In this document: positions 53,633 through 64,000 of the stretch, one piece after another
Numbering within the stretch: position 1 is the first letter of the stretch
How the letters are laid out: each line of letters begins with the position of its first letter
Source of the DNA: Sphagnum compactum
Taxonomy: Eukaryota
Reading direction: 5' to 3'
NCBI GenBank assembly: GCA_965153455.1
Contig: OZ234494.1
Span: 8,060,001 to 8,124,000 of the forward strand
DNA length: 64,000 nt
Translations under genes and position numbers: made by a program
The notes under the pieces: model-generated
The model's input: only the letters and a program-made list of their open reading frames with translations
The model's database searches: none
What the model was told of the DNA's origin: nothing

Positions 53633-55654
53633 TTATGGAGAATAAATCTTTGCATCAAAATATTACTGCTTGTTGGTTTGAATCTATAAATGACTCATGC
53701 ATTGTAGCATTTGTGAGCTCTCAAAATCAACATGCAAGTTGTCATTAATGATAAAGAAACCCCAACAAATAGACATTTGATTATGAGGTATCCAAAACAC
53801 AACTTGCAATTCTATTATTGTAACTTGTAGAACTTCAACATCTAACAAATTGTTAGTTTGCATATGCACACTTCCAACATTTGAAACTAAATAGGCATGC
53901 ATATAATAGGGGGTATTTGATGCATATTCATCAACTCCACACACATCTTTTATAATACAATTTATTAAAGCCATTGAAAAAATGAAATGCACATAATCAC
54001 AAATGATGAACACATATTTTCAAGTTGCCCCCCTATTAAGGGTGGAAAATCTTTCGAGGCTAGCTAACATCATAAACATCCTAATCACTAGTTATTTACT
54101 CGTAGTTGATTTATTTACCATTTTCTATTTACTTAGAGGATGAAGCTAATGGGGTGATTAGTCCTTGAGGATAAATATTGGTATTTGTTATCCAATCAAC
54201 TAGTGGGATGTGTGAAAAAAATTATATTAAGTTTTTATCATTAACTAGGATGTGTTCACAATATTGATTTGTATTCTTAAAATATTAAATGGGGTTTTTA
54301 TTCCCAAGGCTTTCAAGTTGATAAGTAATAAACATTTTAATGTCAACTTTGTTTATCAAATTGAAGGTTTTGACTAATGTCGGGCAAGAATTTTTAAAGA
54401 CCTAAAAAACACCTAAGGGTTTAAAACTTGAATATCGAGGTTTTATCACTTTAAAATCTATTTTAAGAACATCAAGTTTAGGAATAAGAAAATTGGTGGC
54501 TTGAAAATCACCCAAGGTGATACCCACCCCAACCTTAAAATTCAAGATGTTAAAAAATTAACCTTTAGGATTTGGTTATCAAGGCAAGGGGTCTAAGGTA
54601 AATAGGGTTTAAGGTAAGTAGGGTTTAGGGCTAAGTTTAAGTTGGTTAGGGTTGAGGGCAACTAAATTAACATTAAGGTTTCAAGGTAGCTATTAATGGA
54701 CTCCACCCATGTGTTTAGAAGAAAGCAACCTTTAGCTTGGATTTAAAGCCAATTGATTTCCCCTTTAGCCCCACTTTGTATTGTTGTTTTTGTTTTTTGT
54801 TTTGCACTTTAGTTTTTATTGTATATGTTTAGTTTTTTTTTGTTATTTAGTTTGCATTGTACATTATTCTAGTTCTCCTTGCACTATTTGACATTTCTTC
54901 ATTTCCCTGTTACATTATTTCAATCGTTTTCATTCCTTTGCTTTTGCTATGTGCATTATTTCTTCCTTTTGCTTGGGTTGGCTTGCTAGGTACCAATTTG
55001 CCCAAGTCAAATTTTCTTTGTGTTGTTTCGCTCTTGCACTACTTAGTTCTTCCTTCACTATTTGATTCTCCCTATGCAATTGTTATTTCCCCCTCTTGCT
55101 CATATGTAAGTGTGGGTCAAGGCTTTGAACTTGGAACTTCAACAAAACTTCTTTAGTAAGTTTGGTTGATGGTTTTTTTGGTATGTTTGCTTTAACTTCA
55201 AAGCAACTAAGCAAAATTGCATCAATTATTTGCATGGATTTTCCACCCAATGATGAACGTCAAAAACTTTGAGTGCATCAACACTATTCAACTTCTACAT
55301 TGCCAATGTGTTACACCATTTCTTTTCTTTCTTCTTCAAAACTAAATCCTTAAAGGATCACCATTTTCAATGTTCTCCCTCTCTTCTACTTCCGACATTC
55401 CCCTTGCACTTTTTTTACTTCCTTATTTACAACATTCCTATAAACGCCACCTCCAAGCTCATTGCACATGATGCTTGATTACACTCCCCAACCACGTTCC
55501 TTGCAAGGTGTAGAGAAGGATTGCAAATATGAAAGTTTTAAAAAGAACCCAATACCAAAACCAAGTTGGTATGAAATTTATAAAATTATTGAATGCCAGC
55601 TCATGAGCTGGTATGACCAAGATCATGTAGGTATGTTCAAGACGATAGTATATT

Positions 55655-56070
55655 AGGACTCATATTAATTAGTTATGGGGACCACCAAAGTTCAAATTTT
55701 TTTCTTGTGATGGGCATCTTTGATTGGCCCATCACAAATTCAAGTTTTGGATGGTCCAAAAATAGACATGTTACGATCTCTTCCTTTAAGTTGCTTGTAT
55801 AGATTACAAGAATAAAATTTAGGGCAAAGCGTATGGGGTAAAGTGAAGGGCTATTGAGAACATGTTAAGGAACACATTGAGAACTTGATTGAGAACACAA
55901 TGGGAACAACAAAAATTCAACACCCCCCACGCTCCCATAAAAGAAGAAAATCTGAACCCTTTGGGTGCATGTTGTGTCGCTTGCCTTGTTAGTTGCAAGA
56001 AATTGTTTTGCCTACCAACGGTCTTTGCTATTTTTGGCCTAGGCTAATGGCAGGGGCATGAACCATGGGT
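55655..56070 (+). repeat. Dispersed repeat family C
   Basis: Shares motifs with 39390-39435 + 46862-47300 and with 38490-38690. Confidence 0.6.
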
Positions 56071-56174
56071 GCATATACCTACCTATTCAAAATTTATACC
56101 AGACCAACATATTCCATAACACCCAATTCTCCCAAATCCCTAACAAATTGGAAGGCATTGGATTCAACCCTAAA

Positions 56175-56393
56175 GGTGCATTCACACATGGTGTTAGGTA
56201 CTCTAAGCTTGAGTCCCCAAGCACCATACTAACCATTTAATCAGGACTTAAACCTAGTTACAAATGGAATTTTTTGGTTAAGCTAACATTCCCTTAACAT
56301 TAAGCTATGGCCCATTTAAAATTGGGTGCCATCTAGGATGATGCCACCTAGATTTTCATTTAACACTGACTTAACATCAAGTGTGAATGCACC
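56175..56393. mobile_element. Small MITE (Harbinger-like TIRs)
   Basis: TIR GGTGCATTCACACATGGTGTTAGGT versus reverse complement of the right end GGTGCATTCACACTTGATGTTAAGT (22/25). Confidence 0.75.
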
Positions 56394-56649
56394 AATATAT
56401 ATAATGCTAACATCAAGTGATCATCAATACCAAATTTAATTAGGATGAGTCTGAATAAGAGAAGAATAACTAGGCAAGTGTAAATGGGTACCTATCTAGT
56501 AGGGTCAACATAGTGTACAGCCCATGCTTATCTGATGTGTAAAAGCTCATCTTAGAAAGTCTGCAACACTTTAAAGCGTTATACCTTATCTCTCTTAAAG
56601 AGCAGCCATGTCAGTACCCCTCAAGTAAAGTAACCCTGTCGTCACACTC

Positions 56650-57011
56650 TCTTTGGGCCTCCTTTCATCCCCTATCCCCTCTTTCAGGGGTATCCGGAAA
56701 GTAAAGAAATTTTATTAAATCTCAGTATGAAATGCTGAAACTCAGCATTTATTTAATGCACGAGGAGGTTCGAGACTAATAGTAGTTGTACACTTAGGAG
56801 CAGTGAAAGTATATGTAGCAGCAGTGAAGGCCACTCAGGAAAAAGGAAAGACAGGATGAAACTCAGTTTACCACCAAAATTGGTGGTTTTCTGAGTTTCA
56901 TCCCCCCTTGAATGCTAATGTACTTTTTTGCAGGTTTCTTTTTAATATCACCCTATGCATGACCAAACTCAGGATTCTGGTGCCGTGTTTTTCTTACTTT
57001 ACGGATAACTC
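56650..57011 (+). mobile_element. MITE family A, variant copy
   Basis: ccctatcccctctttcag...gtatgaaatgctgaaactcagcattt...caccaaaattggtgg; ends CTTTACGGATAACTCT. Confidence 0.7.
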
Positions 57012-57181
57012 TACTCACTCTCTACTTCAATTTTCATCCTCATTTTACCTTCCACCCCAATAATGAGAATCCCAATAATGAGAATTTTCAAAAATCATTT
57101 TAATCATCTTTTTATTTAATTTATAAAAATTTCGAATTTTAGACAGATTGAAAAATATAAATAAATTTTTTAATCGATTAA

Positions 57182-57330
57182 AAAATAATTTAATTTATGC
57201 CAAAGCCACCAAGGTAGTACTGTGGTATTAAAATATTGATTTCAAAATCTTCAAATAGGAAGGTTTTTGAATTAGTCAATATTTTAATACCATAGTACCT
57301 TGGTGGTTTCCACATAAATTAAATTATTTT
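57182..57330. other. Long foldback inverted repeat (~150-nt hairpin)
   Basis: AAAATAATTTAATTTATG..CCACCAAGGTA..GGTATTAAAATATTGA pairs with TCAATATTTTAATACC..TACCTTGGTGG..CATAAATTAAATTATTTT. Confidence 0.85.
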
Positions 57331-57745
57331 CTCCTTTTTCTTCTCTTTTTCTTTTTTTTTCCAAAGTTGGGAAATTTTAATTTGGAATTTTTTTTCCTAG
57401 TGTAAATTCAACTAATTTCTGAAAAAAAATTGTCAAATTTTCAATGTCACAAAATTGAAAAAAAATGAAAACAAACTCCCAATTTGACAAACAAATCAAG
57501 CAAAGAATTCAACTAATTTTGCAAATTTTTGGTTGCCAAAATTTTATATCAAAAAAATGGAATAAAATAAATAATAAAATAAACACTACTGCAGAGGCAG
57601 CTTCAATTAATTAATTTTGAAGATTCCATTTCAAAAGGACAAATATTCTTGAATATTTAAAAAGATTCTTCATTTTCCCCTTATTTAAAAAAATTCTTCA
57701 AGAAAAGTATTTTTTGAGATTTCAACATGTCTAAAAATAGTAAGT

Positions 57746-58029
57746 ATACGTAGTGTATGGTATTAGAATACGTAGAGAAAATTGACGTGTATAACAGTAA
57801 GAGGAAGCAAGCCGACATACGTAGTGTATGGTATTCTAATACATAGAGAAGATTGACGTGTATAACAGTAAGAGGAAGCAAGCCGACATACGTAGTGTAT
57901 GGTATTCGAATACGTAGAGAAGATTGACGTGTATAACAGTAAGAGGAAGCAAGCCGACATACGTAGTGTATGGTATTCGAATACGTAGAGAAGATTGACG
58001 TGTATAACAGTAAGAGGAAGCGATCCGAC
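57746..58029 (+). promoter_or_regulatory. Tandem array, 4 x 71 bp, upstream of ferritin, with ACGT-core and DRE/CRT-like motifs
   Basis: Units start at 57746, 57817, 57888 and 57959. Consensus is ATACGTAGTGTATGGTATTCGAATACGTAGAGAAGATTGACGTGTATAACAGTAAGAGGAAGCAAGCCGAC. The repeat is certain; the regulatory role is inferred. Confidence 0.75.
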
Positions 58030-58807
58030 AATCGCGTGTTTTCCAGAATGTGTTTTTTTGCGGTTTTGCGTGTGTGTCTGTGTGCGCGCCCGCGTCCGTC
58101 TCTCTCCCCCTGCCCCCCGCGTTTTCGTGGTGCTTTAGCGGCTCCTCTTTCGTCTTTCTGTCGCTGCTGACCTTGTTTTTCTTGGCGTCTGGAGCGTGGC
58201 ACCAGCACGTGGAGAGTCGGATGCAGCACTTGGTTTCAAAATTTTGCGACTAAAGACTACCTCTGTTTCCGAATTTCTGCTGTTAATGTTCGCTTCTCTC
58301 TCTTTTTTTCTTTTTTTTTTTTGGTCTTGTTACATATGTTTAGTTCTGGTTTCCCTCTTCTTTTCCCCTCCTGTGGTCCGTGTTTTCCGAATCCACTTCT
58401 GGATCCGCAAGCCAAACATGTTTCTGGTTCGTAATCTTATTTTCTGAGGTTTTAATGTGAGTTTTGATGGTGTGAATTGCGTTAGGATGCATTGTTGTTT
58501 GAAGCAAAAGGCTGGTCCCTCTTTCCCCTGTCCTGTATCTTTGTTGATGCCAAGCGGAGTAGAATTTTCTCTTACGTTGTGGCCCTTGTGTGATCGTTTG
58601 ATCTCCTGTTTTTGCTGTGTGCGTCTTGGTTTTTCTTTCTTTTGTTTGGAGGAAGATTTACTGCAGACAAAACAAACCTGTGGACCTTTCTCTGGAATTT
58701 TCAGTTGTCTGGTTTTGGACTTACTTTGGAAGCAAAGCGTGTTCCCAAACTCCGATCAAGAAAGTTGACGGCGGATTTGTTCTTTTGTGATGATGCAGTA
58801 GAAGAAG

Positions 58808-60923
58808 ATGCTGCTGCACGGAGCAACCATCCCCGGGTCTCTGGCCTCCTCGTTCTCGGAGACCGCCATTTGCAAGTCCCGAGGAGCTGGGAAAGTGGCC
58901 GTTTGGAGATCACTTTCAACTAGTAACACCTTACACCGCGGCGTGGTCGGGGTGAGAGCGGCGCAAACTAATGAAGTAGACTCCAGGGCTCTCACGGGAG
59001 TCATATTCGAGCCGTTCAGAGAAGTGCAAAGCCAGTTAGTGCAGGTCCCGACAGCGTATTCAGAGTCTCTGGCACGCCAACGCTACGACTCCTCATGCGA
59101 GGCAGCCATCAATGAGCAGATCAAGTACGCGGTTTCCTCCCCCCCCCCCCCCCCCCCCCCCTCCCTTCCCTCAGTCCTGTGAGGGCAAAGAGAAGAAAAC
59201 TCGGTCATACTTGTTGGCAGCCATGGCGTCAGTATCTTCTACTCCGTGTTTGTCGACGTTCTTGCGGTGTGGAGTACAATGTGTCATATGTAGCATGTTC
59301 TGTTCATTCTCTTCTACTGACTCTCCATGTTTGTCGATGTTCTTGCAGTGTGGAGTACAATGTGTCATATGTATACCATGCACTGTTTGCCTACTTCGAC
59401 CGTGACAATGTGGGCCTTCCAGGTTTTGCGAAGTAAGTTCTATGAACTCCTGAAGGCAGCTTTAGTTGCTGCTTCTCTGTTATCTTCCAGTATGTTTATT
59501 GTTTGAGATGGTTTCTTCTGTTTCAGGTACTTTAAGGAGTCCAGTGAGGAAGAGCGAGAGCATGCTGAGAAGTTTATGAAGTACCAGGTATATTGGGCCT
59601 GACCGTCATCCTGCTAGATCAAATGGATTTGGCTTGTTACAGGTCAGACAACACATGGATTGCTGTAGAGATGGTCAACATAGCCAGTTTCACCTTTTGT
59701 TGTCTGCTTTGCCTTTCCTGTCAACCTGAACTTTCAGCTTACTCTTTTACTAACAATTCTATATTGTGTCCTGTGGTCATAAACAGAACAAGCGTGGAGG
59801 CAGGGTGAAATTGCAATCCATTGTTATGCCGATAATGGAGTTTGATCACCCTGAGAAAGGAGATGCTCTTTATTGTATATTGACTCTCCTACTGTGTCCC
59901 CAGCTTGTAGGAACAACTGCAGTGCTTCTTTCCTGGAGTCTTTAGCTTAGCTCTCTAATTAGGATGGTTTCATATACTGCACTGTCACTTTGCCCCTACG
60001 CATCACCCTTTCTTCTGTTCTGTTCATAGTTATTCCTAACATGCAACCCTGAACCTGCCTTCTCTTTCAGCTATGGAGCTGGCTCTTGCATTGGAGAAGC
60101 TCACCAATGAGAAACTTCTGTCACTTCACCAGGTATTTCAAACAATCATTGCTGATTCACCTCCTCTAAGGTCTTCTTAAGTGATGTTGAGTGTGACCAC
60201 AATTTGTATCATTCAAGCTCAACTAATTGACCAGTTATCTATGTCAGGAAGGTGGTGTGGTCTGCTGTCATCTCCTGACTACATGGTGCATCATATTTGT
60301 GTCATCAAGTGCTAATTGAAGAGCAATTCATGTCAGGAAGGTGGTATGGTCTGCTGATCTCTCCTGACCGTGGTATGCATGAGTGAGGTCTGTGGCTATG
60401 TGTGTTTTTGCATAATATAACTGGGTATTGGGTTCTGTGTGACTATCAGATTGCAGTGGACAACAATGATCCCCAAATGTGTGACTTCATAGAAAGTGAA
60501 TTCCTCAATGAGCAGGTACACTTCATCATGAGGACTGCTCTAGCATATTTGAAATTTTCATTGTTCTGTAATGCTTTGATATCATTGATGGTGGAGCAAG
60601 TGGATTTGTGCAGGTGGAAGCAATAAAGAAAATATCTGTGTACGTCTCTCAGTTGCGGCGAGTTGGGAAAGGGCATGGTAATTGTCTTCTTAACCTTGTG
60701 AATGCTAAAGCTTCACCTCTCTATATGTTGAAAGCCAAAGCTGTCTTTGCTATTTCAGCAGCACAGTAATGGTTAGTCTTGTATAATCCACATGAGAATC
60801 TGTGTCAACCTCTTCAAAATTGGGACCTATTGAACAGTATGTCTGAGCTGTTTCAATTGTGGTGTTGCAGGTGTTTATCACGTTGATCTACAGCTTCAGC
60901 ATGAAGCAGAGGCTTTAGCTTAA
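58808..60923 (+). CDS. FER: Ferritin, plastid-targeted. Exons 58808-59124, 59349-59432, 59527-59587, 59787-59874, 60071-60132, 60450-60515, 60614-60677, 60871-60923; 264 aa
   Basis: Transit-peptide-like N-terminus, extension peptide [11 protein letters not shown], then [101 protein letters not shown]. Seven GT-AG introns give internal exons of 84/61/88/62/66/64 nt, the typical plant ferritin structure. Confidence 0.96.
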
Positions 60924-61879
60924 CCGAGAAGCTCAACAAACTAATTCAAAACTGCAGCCAAAAGAAGACAACATCTGTTCTACTTCTTGCACGTTCATCA
61001 TCAGGAAAGACTTCTTCTAAACACTCCAACCCTAGAAGGTGGATGTGGTTCACAACATGTGTAAAAAGGTCAAGCCAACAGGTGGACTATGGACTGCATT
61101 CTGCCCATACTTCTCCTTAGGCAAAACAGTTTTCTCTCACAGGCGGTTGTATCCTTGGACGCTTACTTCTTGTGGCAATTAGCTGTGGAACAACAGTTCA
61201 TGTGTATAAGGCTTATTTCCCAGAATATGAACATTTTCCAAAACTGCAGTATGTGAAAAATTTGTCCGATTTTGGTGAAGAAGAGAACAAGTAGGTCTTT
61301 GGTCATATTTGGACAGTCGCTCTTAAAGTAAATATATGTGAAGTATATCTTTGGACAAAACAACAGTAGTCAAGAATTAGTTTTCCTCCTTTCCATGTAT
61401 CACTTCCTTCATTTCAAGGGTAACTGCACAAAGAGCAATTGAACACACACTCCTTTGGGGTAGGATTTTATAGGTTGCTGGCTTTTGGAGTGTAGCAAGA
61501 TGATTCAATTTTGAGGGTTTGAAAGATGATGAAATTTTTTGGGAGAGGAAAGGGGATAAAACTGACATGACAAAATGTTTTATAAATATGATGATCTTTT
61601 TTATTCATGATAGTTTCTTCATCAGTCATTTGGTAGTAATGCACATCAATCATTTGTTTCTTCTCGAGAGACTTTGTGATAAATGAGGGACTTGGATTAT
61701 AGAGTAAAATGAATTAGATGTGATGCCCTTTAACTCTAATGTTAAGTCACTAAAAATCAATACCTGATAAAAAGTGAAACTCCCATAATATTTTGGATTG
61801 CAAAACATGGGAAACTTTGGTATGGGTAAGTTGGTTAATTGACTGCCCAAGTGCACACATGTATTGCACCCACAAGAAA

Positions 61880-62097
61880 CGAGAAGTGGGTCACACTGTG
61901 GCCTTGCCATTCACATTCAAAAGTACCTTAAGGCAAAAGAAGAATTATGACAACTCAAATGTTTCACCATGCAAAAATATAATCTTCTAAAACTCCTCAA
62001 AAAACATTCGAAATCCTTCAAGATATTATAACTCTATAACGAATCTCAAGTTTCATCACAAGCCAAAATATCAGCTTTCAAAAATCCTCAAATAAAA
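61880..62097 (-). repeat. Dispersed repeat family B (partial)
   Basis: gtcacactgtggccttgccatt...aatctcaagtttc..cacaagccaaaa, the reverse complement of family B. Confidence 0.8.
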
Positions 62098-62574
62098 ATT
62101 TGATGAGTCGTACTTCAAATTTTACCAATCCTTCACTTTTAAAATTAAAAAAACAAGTGGCAAACACAACAAAAATCTTTTTTATGTTTTTGAGGAATGG
62201 AAAAAGAATGCTCCCATTTTTTGGAATGTAAAATCTAAAGGATTCCACCACCTAATGTAGTTGAAGTGATGAAATCTGCAAGTGAGCATGTCCAAAAGCC
62301 AACACCTGCTAGACATGAGCAATCTTGCTTTTAATGTTTATTTTCCTGAGGCGGGTAGGTTTTAGGTTTGAGCCCTAAACCCTACCCAATGGATATCATA
62401 GTTTTAAGAATTGAAAAAACTCCAGGGACCCAATGCCGTGGCCCTAGGATGTTAGTTACCCTTCTCACTGTCCCTATCATTACAGTGCTATCCTTATTCT
62501 GTAGTGTGACTTCTCATGACAACACTTTACACAGGAGAAGGGTCTGCTGGGAAGTAACTTCTGCTTTGTCCTAC

Positions 62575-62770
62575 GAATGTCCCCCATCCATGGACTTTAC
62601 TCATCTTAAAGCATGAGGCAAAAGTTACTATGTATAGTACCGACCGAGGGGGTTGGAAATTCAAAAGAGTCCCTTGATAAGGGGTCGAAAATTTGAAAAG
62701 ATCTGTTGATAATGGGTCAAAAATCAGCAGACCATTTAGGATGAGTAAAGTCCATGGATGGGGGACATTC
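62575..62770. repeat. 36-bp inverted repeat pair (MITE-like), with a third partial copy at about 62845-62895
   Basis: GAATGTCCCCCATCCATGGACTTTACTCATCTTAAA (62575-62610) versus reverse complement of 62735-62770 (35/36). Confidence 0.8.
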
Positions 62771-64000
62771 CCAGGACAAGACAGGGCGAACTTCACTATC
62801 ACACCTTATTTGTAGTACCTAAGTTATTTTTGTGGAGGCACCCCACCCATCATCGGGCTTTACTCATCCTGAGGCATGAAGGGACATTCCTAAGACAAAC
62901 GGGCGGACTCGGGCTCTGGGCCTCAGTATAGGCCCCTTAATTTGGATACTGATCCCACCCTGGGGCTCTAGCATACACATTTCACATCGGCCCTGTCTGT
63001 GAGCAGATTAGTTCCACGTTGTCGACTCTTGCGCCACAAGTGCGCACAACGCACAACACCCAAGTGCAATTCTTGTGTTTTGTTGAAACCTTGAAACTCT
63101 CAGCGCGAATTGCAGTGGTTGTTGGAAAGATTTGGCGATGGCCAAGCACAAATGAAATCTCTTGTTCACAGACCAGCTTGAGCGCAAAATGTGCGAATTC
63201 TCTCACAAAAGTCTTCTGTAGCAAGGATTTTATTTTATCGCCCCTTTTGCCTCTCAGAATTGCTGCTGATTACTAGAATCAGACCTTTTGTGCGTGTGCG
63301 TTTTTGTGTGGTATGTAAGGTAGTTTTATATCATTAGGGTTAAGAATAGACGAGCGGCCTCCATGTTGAGGTTGCCAATGCTGATGGAGAGGAGGACACT
63401 GCTGCTGCTGACGATACCAGAACCGCTTTCAAGGTTCTCAAAGTTCAAAGGAGCAGGCGGGTACTACTTCCAAGCATCGCTGCAGTCAGGACGTAGGAAC
63501 AATAACACAGTATCGGAAGAACCAGTTTATTCGCACAACGTATTTACGAAGCCTCTGGCTGCATTGTACCCTGTCGCTCCTTGTCGCTTCTGCAAAGGTT
63601 AGTTTTTTCACACAGAAACCTAACCCTAATTCCAGATGAAACTAAGCTAATGGAGCTAAACCTTTAAAGTAAAACGTCTCTGATACCGGGGAATTCACGG
63701 CCTTTAAATCTAACCCTAATTCTTGTCATTATTGGACCTTACTTACCTTGAAGGCTTCAGTAGCTTCTGAAAGAAGAGGTAAAACTCATGAAAGTTTCAC
63801 AGGCGAGTCCTTTTGTAGATGTGGAAACACTTGGCTGTGTAATTCTGCTTTCTATGGTCATCAAAGGAAAGGCCAGTCTCCACTTAAGATGTGAAACTAA
63901 TTAGGGTTCATATAAAGGAACAAGTTTTGCAAGAAATTGTTGAGTTGGATGGATACTGAACACTATGGTGTTTGGTAGTGTGCACTATAGACCGCATTCA

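Noticed and set aside
54595..54660. Interstitial telomeric repeat
   Set aside because: Only one or two imperfect TTTAGGG units in AT-rich TE-like DNA.
57746..58029. CRISPR array or protein-coding repeat (ORF 57681-58229)
   Set aside because: It is a pure head-to-tail 71-bp tandem with no spacers. The unit is not a multiple of 3, so the ORF is an incidental read-through.
63676..63688. Reverse tRNA-Met PBS (CTCTGATACC)
   Set aside because: Only a 10-nt match, with no adjacent LTR terminus or retroelement domains visible.

Overview
Eukaryotic, intron-containing, AT-rich and TE-dense plant DNA. It is most consistent with a bryophyte such as a Sphagnum-like moss, which is an inference from gene structure and repeat content. 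There are two apparently intact spliced genes on +: a RING-H2 E3 ligase of the CTL (MBR/RHG1A/JUL1-like) group (CDS 31487-35129, 5 exons, 935 aa) and an 8-exon plastid ferritin (CDS 58808-60923, 264 aa). A disabled APY7-type apyrase (GDA1/CD39) pseudogene lies on - (about 130-3033). The rest is transposon-derived. It includes a full-length but decayed non-chromovirus Ty3/gypsy element (39436-46857) whose LTRs carry palindromic 63-bp arrays, and a nested stack of gag remnant > TIR element > CACTA > probable solo LTR. It also includes three fragments of an RLE-type (CRE/R2-superfamily-like) non-LTR retrotransposon and several MITE families. The most notable signals are a 4 x 71-bp ABRE/DRE-containing array upstream of ferritin, the lox-like palindromic LTR array, the RLE-type LINE with an atypical catalytic motif, and two hairpins in promoter regions. 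No rRNA, tRNA or CRISPR was found. I cannot demonstrate a wholly new biological system from sequence alone.
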